From NCBI GenBank assembly GCA_040225955.1, contig JBECUL010000001.1, forward strand, positions 1 to 64,000: a DNA stretch of 64,000 nucleotides. Reading direction: 5' to 3'. A model generated the notes under the pieces. That model saw nothing but the letters and a program-made list of their open reading frames with translations. It made no database searches and had not been told where the DNA came from. Source of the DNA: Candidatus Asgardarchaeum abyssi. Its GTDB lineage: Archaea; Asgardarchaeota; Asgardarchaeia; Asgardarchaeales; Asgardarchaeaceae. This document shows, piece by piece, positions 1-9,704 of the stretch (within the stretch, counting starts at the first letter, position 1; every line of letters begins with the position of its first letter). Position numbers and translations under genes: made by a program.

Positions 1-299
1 TAGAGGGTCATGATTTTGGGGATTGATGAATGCGAAAACATCTTAAATCAGAAATTCCTTAATTTTTACATGTGCTCCTTCTAACCTTATCGATCACTCG
101 AAGTTATTAACTTATAGGTACATCAGCTATCTCAAAATAGCAACAATAAATGTATCCTTAAATATAAACGAGCTTGAAGTTATTAAATTTGACGATTCGT
201 TAACTAACGAGAGGACTGTGGCAAATCATATACTTAAAATGAAGAAAATTTCAATAGAAAAAGAGAAATAACAAATTGCATAATTACTCTTGATGACAT

Positions 300-1208
300 A
301 TGACAAAATTAGAATTATTCGGACTCGTCTTACCTGAGATAAAGAAAGGGGACGATCTTGCTAGTCTTATAGTTCATGAAGCAGAAAGGCAGTGTGGTGG
401 CGTTCAAGAGAATGACATAATAATAGTAACATCAAAAATTATTTCGAAAGCCAAGGGTTATATTATTCCCATGCCTAAGAAGTTCTCCAGAGACGCTATT
501 TTTCTATCAAAGATAACTAAGAAACCTCTATGGGAATGTGAATTAATTCTTAAATTATCAAGGAGAATAGTAGCTGCAATTCCAACTACCGAGATAATTC
601 TAAGATTTAATTTACACAAAATACTATCCAAAAATCCTGAAAGGGCAAAGAAGGTTCTAATGGAGGATCCCGTAATTTTAGTTGTGGAAAATGCGCGGGG
701 TTCTCTTTGCAGTGATGCCGAACTCGATTTATCAAATGTTCCTAAGGGCTTCGTATATCTTCCACCACCAGATCCGGATCTGGAGGCAAGAGAGTTAAGG
801 GAAAAAATAGAAAATATAACTAGTAAACATGTTGCAGTTATCGTTACGGATACCGAAGTATCACCATTTAAAATTGGATCTGTTGACATTGCAGTTGGGT
901 CTTCAGGAATAGTTCCAATCTCAAGAAAGTTTGCATCCCCCGATATGTATGGTCATTTAAAATATGGTGGTGTTGATGTTATTGTCGATGAATTGGCTTC
1001 AGCAGCAGCTCTCTTAATGGGTCAGACAGCTGAAGGGATTCCAGTCGTAATAGTAAGAGGCTTAACGTTTGAAAAAGCCGAAAAAATGTGCATAAAAAAT
1101 ATTTTGCTCTCGAGGAAAATTCTACATTATGGCATAGTAAGAACATTAGTGAGTACATTTTGGTTTAAGCTACATATGTTAGTCTATAAGATTTTTAGAT
1201 TAAAGTGA
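300..1208 (+). CDS. cofE: Coenzyme F420:L-glutamate ligase family protein
   Basis: CofE motifs LPEIKKGDDLA, IIVTSKIISKA, VAVIVTDT, DIAVGSSGI, DELASAAALLMGQTAEGIPVVIVRG. Confidence 0.88.
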   Translation: MTKLELFGLVLPEIKKGDDLASLIVHEAERQCGGVQENDIIIVTSKIISKAKGYIIPMPKKFSRDAIFLSKITKKPLWECELILKLSRRIVAAIPTTEIILRFNLHKILSKNPERAKKVLMEDPVILVVENARGSLCSDAELDLSNVPKGFVYLPPPDPDLEARELREKIENITSKHVAVIVTDTEVSPFKIGSVDIAVGSSGIVPISRKFASPDMYGHLKYGGVDVIVDELASAAALLMGQTAEGIPVVIVRGLTFEKAEKMCIKNILLSRKILHYGIVRTLVSTFWFKLHMLVYKIFRLK

Positions 1209-1323
1209 TTTTTCTTGTTTATTTCTTTGTATTGATCAAAAAGTAAATAACTCAAATGAACCTATATATATGTATGTCTTTTACATTTGCAGTCACTGGC
1301 TAATAAATAGGTGAGGGTAGGGC

Positions 1324-2703
1324 ATGGGAAAGCGCAATATTATTATATTTTTCCAAATAACCTTATTATACCTACTACAAAATATGTGTAGCTACCTTAT
1401 TATTCCTAATTATAACTTGATAAAACAAGAGTTTTATGTATCAGATACCCTATTAGGGATGATGTCTGGCTTGTATCTTTTTTTCAACGGGATAGCCGCA
1501 ATCTTTTGGTCCTATCTCTCTGATGTAAGCCTTCTTAAAAGGAAAATCTTCTTATCCTTAAGTATGTTTGCAAGCGGCATATTCTCTATCTTGGCATATA
1601 TGTCGCCTGATTTTATAAATCTCCTTATATGGAGGGCTCTTACGGGCATATCTCTAGGTTCCGTGCTACCTCTAGGATTTAGTATACTTTCTGATGCCTT
1701 TAGAAGAGAGCGTCGCACTCAAATTTTCATGATATGGTATGTTCTCAGTGGTTTTGGTCTCGGAATAGGCTTTGGAATGGCAGTCATTTTGGGTAATTAC
1801 TTTAATTGGCGTTTGCCCTTGTTATATGGTGGATTAACTATAATACTTCTAGGTGGTTTTGTTTCTCTAGTCTTATTAGAACCAGCCAGAGCAAGCTCTG
1901 AAGATGAGCTAAAGGATTTGTTATCTTCAGGAATTGAGTACAAATATCGTTTCTCTCCAGGAGACTTAGCAATTCTTATAAGTAATAGAAGTAACTTTTT
2001 CGCTGCACTCCAAGGAATACTAGGAACAATTCCTAATGGTATAATTTTCACATGGTCTCTTCAATATTTGGTCAGAGATGTTGGTGCCAGTGAATTGGTT
2101 GCTTCGATCTTTTTGGGCTTTATGAGTGTTGGAGCACTTGGTGGCTTGATAATATCATATATAGCTGATAAACTTTACCAGATTCATGTAGCCATGAGAC
2201 CAATAATCGCTGGTTTCTGCTCAATAATAGAATCAATATTATTCATACTTTTCTTCTCTCTCCCTCTAAAAATAAATGTATATACAAAGGATATAGCTGA
2301 GGCTCTGCAAGAAGTATTCAAAATAATAACCAGTGACTTTACTTTTATAGTTGCATTCTTCCTTTTCTTCATGGCTATGTTCTTTAATAGTTCTGTAGGT
2401 CCCATTAGGAACAGCGTGATTTCAGATGTAAACCTACCAGAGCATAGAGCAACAGTGCTTGCTGGAGTTACTATATTAGAGCTTTTCTCAAAGGCTATTG
2501 GAATAGCAGTTGTTGGTTTCTTAGCTGACTTTCTTGGTAGCCTACGTTTTTCTATAATCATAGCAATGGTCTTCTGGATATTCTCTGGCATTGCTTGGTT
2601 CTATCTGGCATGGTATTATGAATACGATATAAACTTCATCAGAGGAGTTCTTACTAGTCGTAGAAAATCCATGGAGAAAAATAATAACTTAAAAGGTAAT
2701 TAA
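1324..2703 (+). CDS. MFS transporter
   Basis: About 12 hydrophobic segments; MFS motif A-like WSYLSD and YIADK; RALTGISLG. Confidence 0.88.
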   Translation: MGKRNIIIFFQITLLYLLQNMCSYLIIPNYNLIKQEFYVSDTLLGMMSGLYLFFNGIAAIFWSYLSDVSLLKRKIFLSLSMFASGIFSILAYMSPDFINLLIWRALTGISLGSVLPLGFSILSDAFRRERRTQIFMIWYVLSGFGLGIGFGMAVILGNYFNWRLPLLYGGLTIILLGGFVSLVLLEPARASSEDELKDLLSSGIEYKYRFSPGDLAILISNRSNFFAALQGILGTIPNGIIFTWSLQYLVRDVGASELVASIFLGFMSVGALGGLIISYIADKLYQIHVAMRPIIAGFCSIIESILFILFFSLPLKINVYTKDIAEALQEVFKIITSDFTFIVAFFLFFMAMFFNSSVGPIRNSVISDVNLPEHRATVLAGVTILELFSKAIGIAVVGFLADFLGSLRFSIIIAMVFWIFSGIAWFYLAWYYEYDINFIRGVLTSRRKSMEKNNNLKGN

Positions 2704-2810
2704 ACAAAATATTAAACGGATTATAAACAATTTTTACACCCAATTTAAACAAAAACTAAACAGAAATAAAATTTATATGGAATACCGAAAATAAGTATTA
2801 TTAGCCACAG

Positions 2811-3716
2811 GTGGCCATGATGAATAGTTCATATTATTACCCATATCAAGTAAAACCTTATTCTACTACTGATCATTTCAAATTTGGAATTAACAACTTT
2901 AAAAATGCTATAGATCTTGCTGTACTCGTATTTTTCTATAATTTGATAATAAATATCCCTGCCTACTTTGCATTCTTACAACTCTTCCATGGTTTTCACC
3001 TGAGTGTGAAATTTACTTTTCCATGGACTTTCCCTACATTGTCGAATCTTTACGATTACCCCGAGTCTGTTAGTCCTTTCCTTCTCACCTTTACCTATCC
3101 TTCAATATTAACTATCATAGTTAGCCGTTTCATGCTTACGATTCTTGGAATTTGGGCTCTGAGCTTTATAATCTTTACAATTCTCGAGTCCGCATTCATG
3201 GGAGTTATCTATTCTAGAATCTTTAGCTCTGAAAAGATAGGGTTTTTTGATTCGGTAAATAAATACTTCATAAGATTTGTATTGTTTAAACTAATTATAA
3301 TGCTCATAAGCTTACCTTACCTGATAATATTCTTCGTGATGCCTTCTATCTTCCATTACTTTCCCTCAGGATTTTATTTCTTGGCAATACTAACTCCAAT
3401 AGCTTTTCTTCTTGTAAGCTATCTCTTCTTCCTAACTCCTTATATCATAGTTTCAGATGATAAACCCTTAGCAAAAGCATTATCAATGAGCGCTTCCTAC
3501 ACACTAACATCTCATACATTCTCATATGTAATCGTCTTCGTAATATTTACCGCTATTACGTCAGTCATCATCTCTGCTCTTATGCATATTCCAATAGTAG
3601 GCTTCATAATCAGCCTTGGAATAGTCTCTTACATCGGAACAGCTTTTGTAATCTCTACCTTTAACTTCTACGAGGATTTGAAAAGAAGAATGCCTTTTGA
3701 AACTGTTACGGTTTAG
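2811..3716 (+). CDS. Polytopic membrane protein of unknown function
   Basis: About 6 TM segments; C-terminal LTPYIIVSDDKPLAKALSMS pattern seen in membrane proteins of unknown function. Confidence 0.7.
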   Translation: MAMMNSSYYYPYQVKPYSTTDHFKFGINNFKNAIDLAVLVFFYNLIINIPAYFAFLQLFHGFHLSVKFTFPWTFPTLSNLYDYPESVSPFLLTFTYPSILTIIVSRFMLTILGIWALSFIIFTILESAFMGVIYSRIFSSEKIGFFDSVNKYFIRFVLFKLIIMLISLPYLIIFFVMPSIFHYFPSGFYFLAILTPIAFLLVSYLFFLTPYIIVSDDKPLAKALSMSASYTLTSHTFSYVIVFVIFTAITSVIISALMHIPIVGFIISLGIVSYIGTAFVISTFNFYEDLKRRMPFETVTV

Positions 3717-3761
3717 ATAGGTTTATATACTTGTTCGGCTCCTTTAGCATTAGTGACACAT

Positions 3762-3937
3762 ATGAAGAGAATGGAAAGAATGTTGAAAAGCGTGAAGCCG
3801 CAAAAATCCTCGGCGAGCATACGCACCGTGATCATGTGGATTAAGAAGGGCTTGATCAAGGCAGTAAGACTCCCCAACAGAAGATATAGAATCCCGAAAG
3901 CGAGGTGAGGAGAATACTTGAAGGCGGAAACAGTTAA
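3762..3937 (+). pseudogene. Frameshifted MerR/excisionase-like HTH protein (resembles the IS607 TnpA N-terminal domain)
   Basis: Reading across indels gives MERMLK.REAAKILG.SIRTVIMWIKKGLIKAVRLPNRRYRIP.SEVRRILEGGNS*; the stop overlaps the tnpB start. Confidence 0.75.
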
Positions 3938-5099
3938 AGCATATAAAATCCCCATTGAACCCCCAATGGACCTAATCGATGCATATTTCAAAATCAAAAG
4001 CATTGCGCTGAAAGAAATACTGAGCTACGTTAGCTACTCCAAGAGCGGTAAAGCCCATCTGCATTTCAATACCGAAAATAGAAGGGTGCTGAGAAGCACA
4101 CTTCTCAAAGATTGGAGATATGCGAAGCATTACGTCGATTCGGCTATAAACTCGGTTATGGGATTGGTTAAGGGATGGATAAAGCTGTATAACAGAGGAA
4201 AGGCTAAGTCCAAGCCGAAGATAACCAGGAAGACGGTCTATGTTAAAAGCACACTGTTCAGCTATAAGAATGGAATTATAAGGATCAGCGTTGAGCCGAA
4301 TCGAAGATACCTGGAGGTTGATTTGCGAAGCTACAATTGGGTTCCTAAGGATTTCGACAAAATCGGAGGACTGATCCTAACCGAGAAGGAGCTGATAGTA
4401 ACAGTTAAGAGGGAAATCAAGCTCGAAAAGCCAGAAAGCTGGGCATCATTCGATGTCAACATGACAAACATAACGGCGCTGATCAACGGAAAAATCATTA
4501 GGTACGACCTGAAAAAGCTATACCACATCCACAGAGTCTATGAGGAAAAGCGGAGAAGGATACAAAAGCTTTCCAAGTATAAGCCTAAGACTGCTGAGAG
4601 ACTGATACAAAAGTACTCCAAGAGGGAAAAGAATAGAGCCAACGACTTCATGCACAAGCTGACGACCATGACAACTAGGGAACTGCGGAGATTCGCTAGT
4701 GGGGCGATACTCGAGAACTTGAGGAATATTAAGGGCAGAATTTTAAACGGGTCCAGAGTGCTCAACCGCAAGCTTTCGAAGTGGAATGCCAGAAGGTTTC
4801 AATTTATGCTCGAATACAAGTTAAGGTGGTTCGGTCTGCCGGTCAAGTATGTTAATCCGAAAAATTCTTCTAAGACCTGCCCTCTCTGCTCCGGTCGTAT
4901 GGCGGCCTATGAGGGCAGGTTGATAAGATGCAAAAAGTGCCACCTAATCCTTGATAGGGATGTTGTGGCGGTCTTGAACCTTCAGATGTGGGGCTCCGGG
5001 GTTACCCCGAAGGCCCTACTAGGGGCATCAGCCTCGATGATGGGGAAGCGGTCGGTAGATAAAAACTCATTTATTTCTATGAAAGTCTACCAACCGTGA
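3918..5099 (+). CDS. tnpB: TnpB RNA-guided endonuclease
   Basis: RuvC-I SFDVN, RuvC-II ILENL, zinc finger CPLC...CKKC, RuvC-III DRDVVAVLNL. Confidence 0.92.
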   Translation: MKAETVKAYKIPIEPPMDLIDAYFKIKSIALKEILSYVSYSKSGKAHLHFNTENRRVLRSTLLKDWRYAKHYVDSAINSVMGLVKGWIKLYNRGKAKSKPKITRKTVYVKSTLFSYKNGIIRISVEPNRRYLEVDLRSYNWVPKDFDKIGGLILTEKELIVTVKREIKLEKPESWASFDVNMTNITALINGKIIRYDLKKLYHIHRVYEEKRRRIQKLSKYKPKTAERLIQKYSKREKNRANDFMHKLTTMTTRELRRFASGAILENLRNIKGRILNGSRVLNRKLSKWNARRFQFMLEYKLRWFGLPVKYVNPKNSSKTCPLCSGRMAAYEGRLIRCKKCHLILDRDVVAVLNLQMWGSGVTPKALLGASASMMGKRSVDKNSFISMKVYQP

Positions 5100-5125
5100 A
5101 CCCCATACTTCCCATCATAGCGCTT
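4980..5125 (+). ncRNA. Putative omegaRNA (reRNA) overlapping the tnpB 3' end; boundaries inferred
   Basis: GC hairpin gggc-tc-cgggg-tta-ccccg-aag-gccc at 4991-5016 just after RuvC-III; position matches the known TnpB omegaRNA layout. Confidence 0.5.
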
Positions 5126-6128
5126 CTAAATCCTCTTCAGGGAGCGTAGGCATTGACGATAAATCATTATCCCAATCACTTCTAACATTCTTAAGAAAAT
5201 TGATAAGCTCATTCATTGTTCGAATTGTTGGAAAAGCCTTTTGAAAGAGCAACAACATTCTTTCCTTATACTCAAATAAAAGCTCTTTAAGTACCATCGA
5301 GGGGATCCAAGGCTCATCTTCAACAACATTCATTATGAATGTTGTCATGTCTAAATTCGATCGAATACCGCTATGCAACAACTCATATAGCTCTTTATAT
5401 CTTTTTATTACTGATATTTTCGTTTTACCACAAATAAGCCCTATATCTTTTGCATCCCTTAAGGCATCTCTTATCTGCAACAATATAGGCTCCTTATAAA
5501 GATTAAATCTCTTGGAAATCTGAGCTTCAGTTTTATTAATAACTGGTATCCTCCAATTGAAAAACTTCCATTTAAGAAAATCATTAAGATACTTCTCCAT
5601 CTCCCTTCCATCTCTAAAATAAACATCCATCGTTCCAAAGAAAGATTTAAATGCCTCCTGAAAGTCATTCCTCAGCTTTCTAATCTCCACCCTCAGTTCA
5701 TCTTCAAAAAACCCACCCTTGAGCTCTTTAAACCAAGAACAAAAAACATCCTTCGGAAGAAAATAATATGCATACCTAAACTTGTCTACAATCGTAGTTG
5801 GATGTACAAACCTCTCATCAAATGGTCTTAACCTCAACGACTTAATAACTTGTTTGGCCCTTTTATAAATATAGTCCCTTGAAACACCAAAAAATTCTGC
5901 AACCTTTCTTGCTGGAACTTTTGTAAATGTTATACGAAAATAAATATAAACTATAACCGCAGCCCAAACCCTTGCATCACCAGCAAAATAACTTTTACCC
6001 TTAACTAAATTAAGTATCTTTAGTGCCTGCTTCTTGCCCATCTCACTTAACAATCCACAATCGCTGATACTATCAGCAACTGATTCATAAAGCAATAATG
6101 GTCCCCCTATCATAATATCCAAGAGCAA
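5115..6128 (-). CDS. Hypothetical protein with DUF6398-like helical/HTH N-terminal domain; 5' end possibly decayed
   Basis: WAAVIVY...VAEFFGVS...KRAKQVIKSLRLRPFDERF resembles DUF6398; an upstream in-frame ATG at 6173 is separated from the ORF by two TAA codons. Confidence 0.55.
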   Translation of the reverse strand: MLLDIMIGGPLLLYESVADSISDCGLLSEMGKKQALKILNLVKGKSYFAGDARVWAAVIVYIYFRITFTKVPARKVAEFFGVSRDYIYKRAKQVIKSLRLRPFDERFVHPTTIVDKFRYAYYFLPKDVFCSWFKELKGGFFEDELRVEIRKLRNDFQEAFKSFFGTMDVYFRDGREMEKYLNDFLKWKFFNWRIPVINKTEAQISKRFNLYKEPILLQIRDALRDAKDIGLICGKTKISVIKRYKELYELLHSGIRSNLDMTTFIMNVVEDEPWIPSMVLKELLFEYKERMLLLFQKAFPTIRTMNELINFLKNVRSDWDNDLSSMPTLPEEDLEAL

Positions 6129-6428
6129 ATAAACTTACTCCACTTCAGATATTTATTTCTTTTTTGTCGTCATGATAACCTTGCTATAACTAGTTTAAAC
6201 AATCAATATGCATCATAAAGTACACTGAAGCACTCGAAAAATCTAAACAGTCATAGGAAGGCGTTACAGCGAATGTACAATTGCCATCTGTAAAAATGAT
6301 TGACGCACTAAAGATCAGAGACCATCGTTATATCGTATACTCCTTTTATTTCTGATAAATGCAAAATCTATTTTGTTGTTTCATTATTGTAACCATGTAC
6401 ACATAATACAATAGAATAGCGAAATAAT

Positions 6429-6448
6429 TTTACCTAAGTATAGGTAAA
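6429..6448. promoter_or_regulatory. Palindromic operator candidate upstream of the abrB-MTase operon
   Basis: TTTACCTA-agta-TAGGTAAA, a perfect 8-4-8 inverted repeat about 50 bp upstream of the ORF. Confidence 0.5.
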
Positions 6449-6500
6449 CTATTAGATAATAAACTTTATAACTACTTTTTTATGATTATATTATATATAG

Positions 6501-6698
6501 GTGATAGAAATGGGTGAAGTGACTGTAATCACAAAAGCTACAACAAAAGGTAGATCGTTAAGGACAACAATACCTATAGGAATAGTCAGGCAATTTAATC
6601 TTTCAGAGGGAGATAAACTTAATTGGGAGATCAGAGCGGAAAATGGAGATCTTATAATTGTTGTTAAACCATTAAAAGAAAAGAAAGGTGATTATTAA
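6501..6698 (+). CDS. AbrB/MazE/SpoVT-family DNA-binding protein
   Basis: SLRTTIPIGIVRQFNLSEGDKLNW; stop overlaps the MTase ATG (TAATG). Confidence 0.85.
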   Translation: MIEMGEVTVITKATTKGRSLRTTIPIGIVRQFNLSEGDKLNWEIRAENGDLIIVVKPLKEKKGDY

Positions 6699-7633
6699 TG
6701 ACTGAGATTATGCAAGAGATAAAAACCACCCACAAAATAATAATCGGAGATTCCAGGAGAATGGAGGAGTTGGAAGATGAATCAGTTCACTTAATGGTTA
6801 CATCACCCCCTTATCCGATGATAGAGATATGGGATGATCTGTTTAGAAGGCTTGACGAAAGAATAAATAAAGCATGGGAAAAGATGGAGGCGGAGGCAAA
6901 TAAAGAAAAGAGAGAAAAACTTGTGAGGGAAATCTATGAACTGATGCATGAAAACCTTGCAGAAGTTTGGAAAGAGACATATCGTGTGCTGGTTGATGGA
7001 GGAATAGCATGTATTAATATAGGAGACGCTACGAGGAGCTTTAATGGTATCTTCAGACTTTTTCCAAATCACTCAAAAGTGATAGAACACTGTGAGAAAA
7101 TAGGTTTTATAACGCTTCCGTATATTTTGTGGAAAAAGCCAACAAACAAGCCAAAGTATAAGGGGAAGGGGGCATTCCTTGGCTCGGGGATGCTCCCTCC
7201 AAACGCCTACGTGACTCTCGACTGCGAGTACATTTTAATATTCCGGAAGGGGGAACCGAGAAAGTTCAAGCCCAATGATAAATTAAGATACGCCAGCAGA
7301 TATACTAAGGAAGAAAGAGATAGTTGGTTCACACAAATATGGGATATCGTAGGGACTAAACAAACACTCCCGGAGGTTGAAAGACGAGTAGCGGCGTTCC
7401 CAGAAGAAATACCATACAAGTTGATAAGAATGTTTTCGATCATCGGCGATACGGTACTCGACCCTTTCCTCGGAACTGGAACTACAATGAAGGTTGCTAT
7501 AAACCTAAATAGGAACTCCATAGGCTACGAAATTGATGAAAAACTACTGCCAGTAATAAAGGAGAAAGCAGGAATTACTCAAAAACGGTTATTTTCGGAT
7601 TATTCATTTGAAATTATAGTGAGATCCAAGTAA
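6698..7633 (+). CDS. Type II N4-cytosine DNA methyltransferase, beta class, probably CTAG-specific (M.MjaI/M.MthZI-like)
   Basis: TSPPY catalytic motif precedes DPFLGTGTT; GSGMLPPNAYVTL segment recalled from archaeal CTAG MTases; adjacent MjaI-family REase. Confidence 0.88.
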   Translation: MTEIMQEIKTTHKIIIGDSRRMEELEDESVHLMVTSPPYPMIEIWDDLFRRLDERINKAWEKMEAEANKEKREKLVREIYELMHENLAEVWKETYRVLVDGGIACINIGDATRSFNGIFRLFPNHSKVIEHCEKIGFITLPYILWKKPTNKPKYKGKGAFLGSGMLPPNAYVTLDCEYILIFRKGEPRKFKPNDKLRYASRYTKEERDSWFTQIWDIVGTKQTLPEVERRVAAFPEEIPYKLIRMFSIIGDTVLDPFLGTGTTMKVAINLNRNSIGYEIDEKLLPVIKEKAGITQKRLFSDYSFEIIVRSK

Positions 7634-8276
7634 TTTTTCTATCCTTTTAATTAATTGTAACCCTCTTTCTGATAAGCTTTTGATTTCTATTATTAAAATG
7701 TTGTTTTTCATATCTTTTTCATAGAAAATCATAATATCTCCTGCAGGGAACTCTCCTGCTATTTTTCCTTTTCTTTATATGTTATTGGTTTTATAGATAC
7801 ACTGTAGCTTCCTATATATCCATCAATCCCTCTAGATTCTTCCTCAGGATTTGAGAGTCTATATTTTTCGCCTATCTGGTTTGCAAAATGTTTTAAGATG
7901 GGTTCTTGAACTCTTAAACCTAAAAAACTTTTAACCAGAACTAAGTCTTCTACCCATCTTCTTACAAGGTTTTCATCTATTTCATCAAGGACTTTTCTAA
8001 ACCTCTTGAGCATTTCCATAATTTTTTAGTAGCGTTTTCAATAGCTTTTGGATATCTTGCCATATACCATTGCTTCCAGCCTTCAAGATTTCTATAAGGA
8101 CATTCTCTTATTAGCTCACTCATCTTTCCAACAATATTTGGACGTGTAGCTTGTGCAAATCTATTAGCTAAGTTTATTATGGGAGCTGCATACTTTGGAA
8201 GTTTCAACTCCTCTCTTGTTATGAGCGATCTAATTTCATCTACTGTTAACTTAATTCCTAATTTCAATTCTGGCAT
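7604..8276 (-). pseudogene. MjaI-family restriction endonuclease with two apparent frameshifts (possibly sequencing errors)
   Basis: KYAAPIINLANRFAQATRPNIVGKMSELI and EEESRGIDGYIG...VSIKPITY; adding one A in each run (8022-8027 and 7762-7766) restores one 224-aa ORF ending at 7604. Confidence 0.85.
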
Positions 8277-8421
8277 GATTCATAACCTCTTACATGTAAA
8301 TTCAACCAATTCATTATCTGTGCGTATAAACTAATAAGTACTTACCTTATTGGCAATCCGTTTGAGTTTACAGGCATTGGTATCTCTTACGCACCTAAAG
8401 TAATAGGATAACTTAAAGACA

Positions 8422-8757
8422 TTGCCTCTTTTATCTCTAGTCTTGCATGGGTTAGTGTGGACTTCCCTTGATGAACTTTTGCATTTCTTTCGGTCAATTA
8501 CTAATAGTGATTTTCTATTCGAAGTGTTAAGGTACATAAGTAAAGAGCTGAAAGAGAAAATCTCTCAGGAATCTCTTAGTAATGTTGTAAGGTTTATTGA
8601 AAATCTTTTAAATAATGTTAGATTGGCTAGTGATATAATAATTAAATGTATAGAAAGTGAACTTAAACAGAAAATTATAGAAAATAAGGAGGCACCTCTT
8701 TCAAAGAGGTTATTAAGCTTGATTAAAAAATCTATATCAATCCAAGATAATGATTAA
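8422..8757 (+). CDS. Hypothetical helical protein, probably a C-terminal gene remnant
   Basis: 111-aa ORF with TTG start and no recognisable motif. Confidence 0.3.
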   Translation: MPLLSLVLHGLVWTSLDELLHFFRSITNSDFLFEVLRYISKELKEKISQESLSNVVRFIENLLNNVRLASDIIIKCIESELKQKIIENKEAPLSKRLLSLIKKSISIQDND

Positions 8758-8846
8758 AGATGTAGCTGTTAGCAGCACACCAAAAACGTAATAAACTTTC
8801 TGAAGAGAATTGATACATAAGAAGTTAAGATTTAATATAATATTAG

Positions 8847-9278
8847 ATGGTGTTTATAGTGAGCCTCAATAAAACTTTCTTACAAGATAGAATAAATGAA
8901 ATCATTGTAAATGTAGAAAAGGCGAAAGAAATTTTAGCTGCCGACTTTAGTTCATTAAGCTGGAGAGATGTATATTCATTAAGGTATATTATAATTAGTC
9001 TTGTTGAGGCTTCTGGATCCATCTGTCTTCATATTCTAAGAAGAAAGTATGGCATAAAGCCTTCAGGATATGGAGAATGTTTCAAAAAGTTAAGTGAGGT
9101 TGGTATAATTAGTAAAGAGCTAGGAGAAAAACTGGTTAAGATAGCGAAATTAAGAACACTACTTGTTCATCACTATTGGGCAACCGATGATAGACGACTC
9201 TATGAAGAATCTAAAAAAGGTATAAGCGATTTTATGGATTTTGTATCCAATATTAGGGATGTGATTGAGCGTGGATAA
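8847..9278 (+). CDS. HepT-like HEPN RNase toxin (DUF86)
   Basis: RX4HXY motif RTLLVHHY; overlaps the downstream MNT gene. Confidence 0.88.
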   Translation: MVFIVSLNKTFLQDRINEIIVNVEKAKEILAADFSSLSWRDVYSLRYIIISLVEASGSICLHILRRKYGIKPSGYGECFKKLSEVGIISKELGEKLVKIAKLRTLLVHHYWATDDRRLYEESKKGISDFMDFVSNIRDVIERG

Positions 9279-9687
9279 AATAAAATACTATTATCTTTCG
9301 CACAATGAGAAGAAAGAGGTAAAGAGACGTCTTAAAGGGGATTTGCAAAAGAGAGATGATATCATATTTGCGGTTCTTCACGGAAGCTTTATAGAGAGTG
9401 AATATTTTAGAGATATAGATATAGCCATTTATGTAAAACCATGTGCTAAGGAATATTTGTTCAAGGAGTATGTTATAGACTTAAGCTTATCACTCTCTAA
9501 GAAAATTGGGATTCCCGTAGATATTCAAGTGCTGAACGAAGCACCGCTTATGTTTATATACGAGGTATTGAATCGGGGAGAGCTTATTGTTTGTAATGAT
9601 GAGTTATTTTTTGAGCGATATTCCATGACAATAGAGACTGAAGTTTGGGATTTTCTCTATTTATTGAAGATAGTTGAAAAACTCTAA
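9265..9687 (+). CDS. MntA-like minimal nucleotidyltransferase antitoxin
   Basis: HGSF...RDIDIAIY and VDIQVLNEAP. Confidence 0.88.
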   Translation: MSVDKIKYYYLSHNEKKEVKRRLKGDLQKRDDIIFAVLHGSFIESEYFRDIDIAIYVKPCAKEYLFKEYVIDLSLSLSKKIGIPVDIQVLNEAPLMFIYEVLNRGELIVCNDELFFERYSMTIETEVWDFLYLLKIVEKL

Positions 9688-9704
9688 GCAAAACTATATA
9701 TCCT

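Larger units (their letters stand above)
3710..5105 (+). mobile_element. Non-autonomous tnpB element (IS200/IS605/IS607 superfamily) with decayed HTH ORF; ends approximate
   Basis: Visibly higher GC than flanks; HTH remnant overlapping the tnpB start; tandem GGTTTAGATA/GGTTTATATA at 3710-3729; no Y1 or serine-recombinase catalytic domain. Confidence 0.75.

Noticed and set aside
8015-8030. Programmed -1 ribosomal frameshift in the REase gene
   Set aside because: No canonical in-frame X XXY YYZ heptamer or downstream structure, and a second independent break exists in the same gene.
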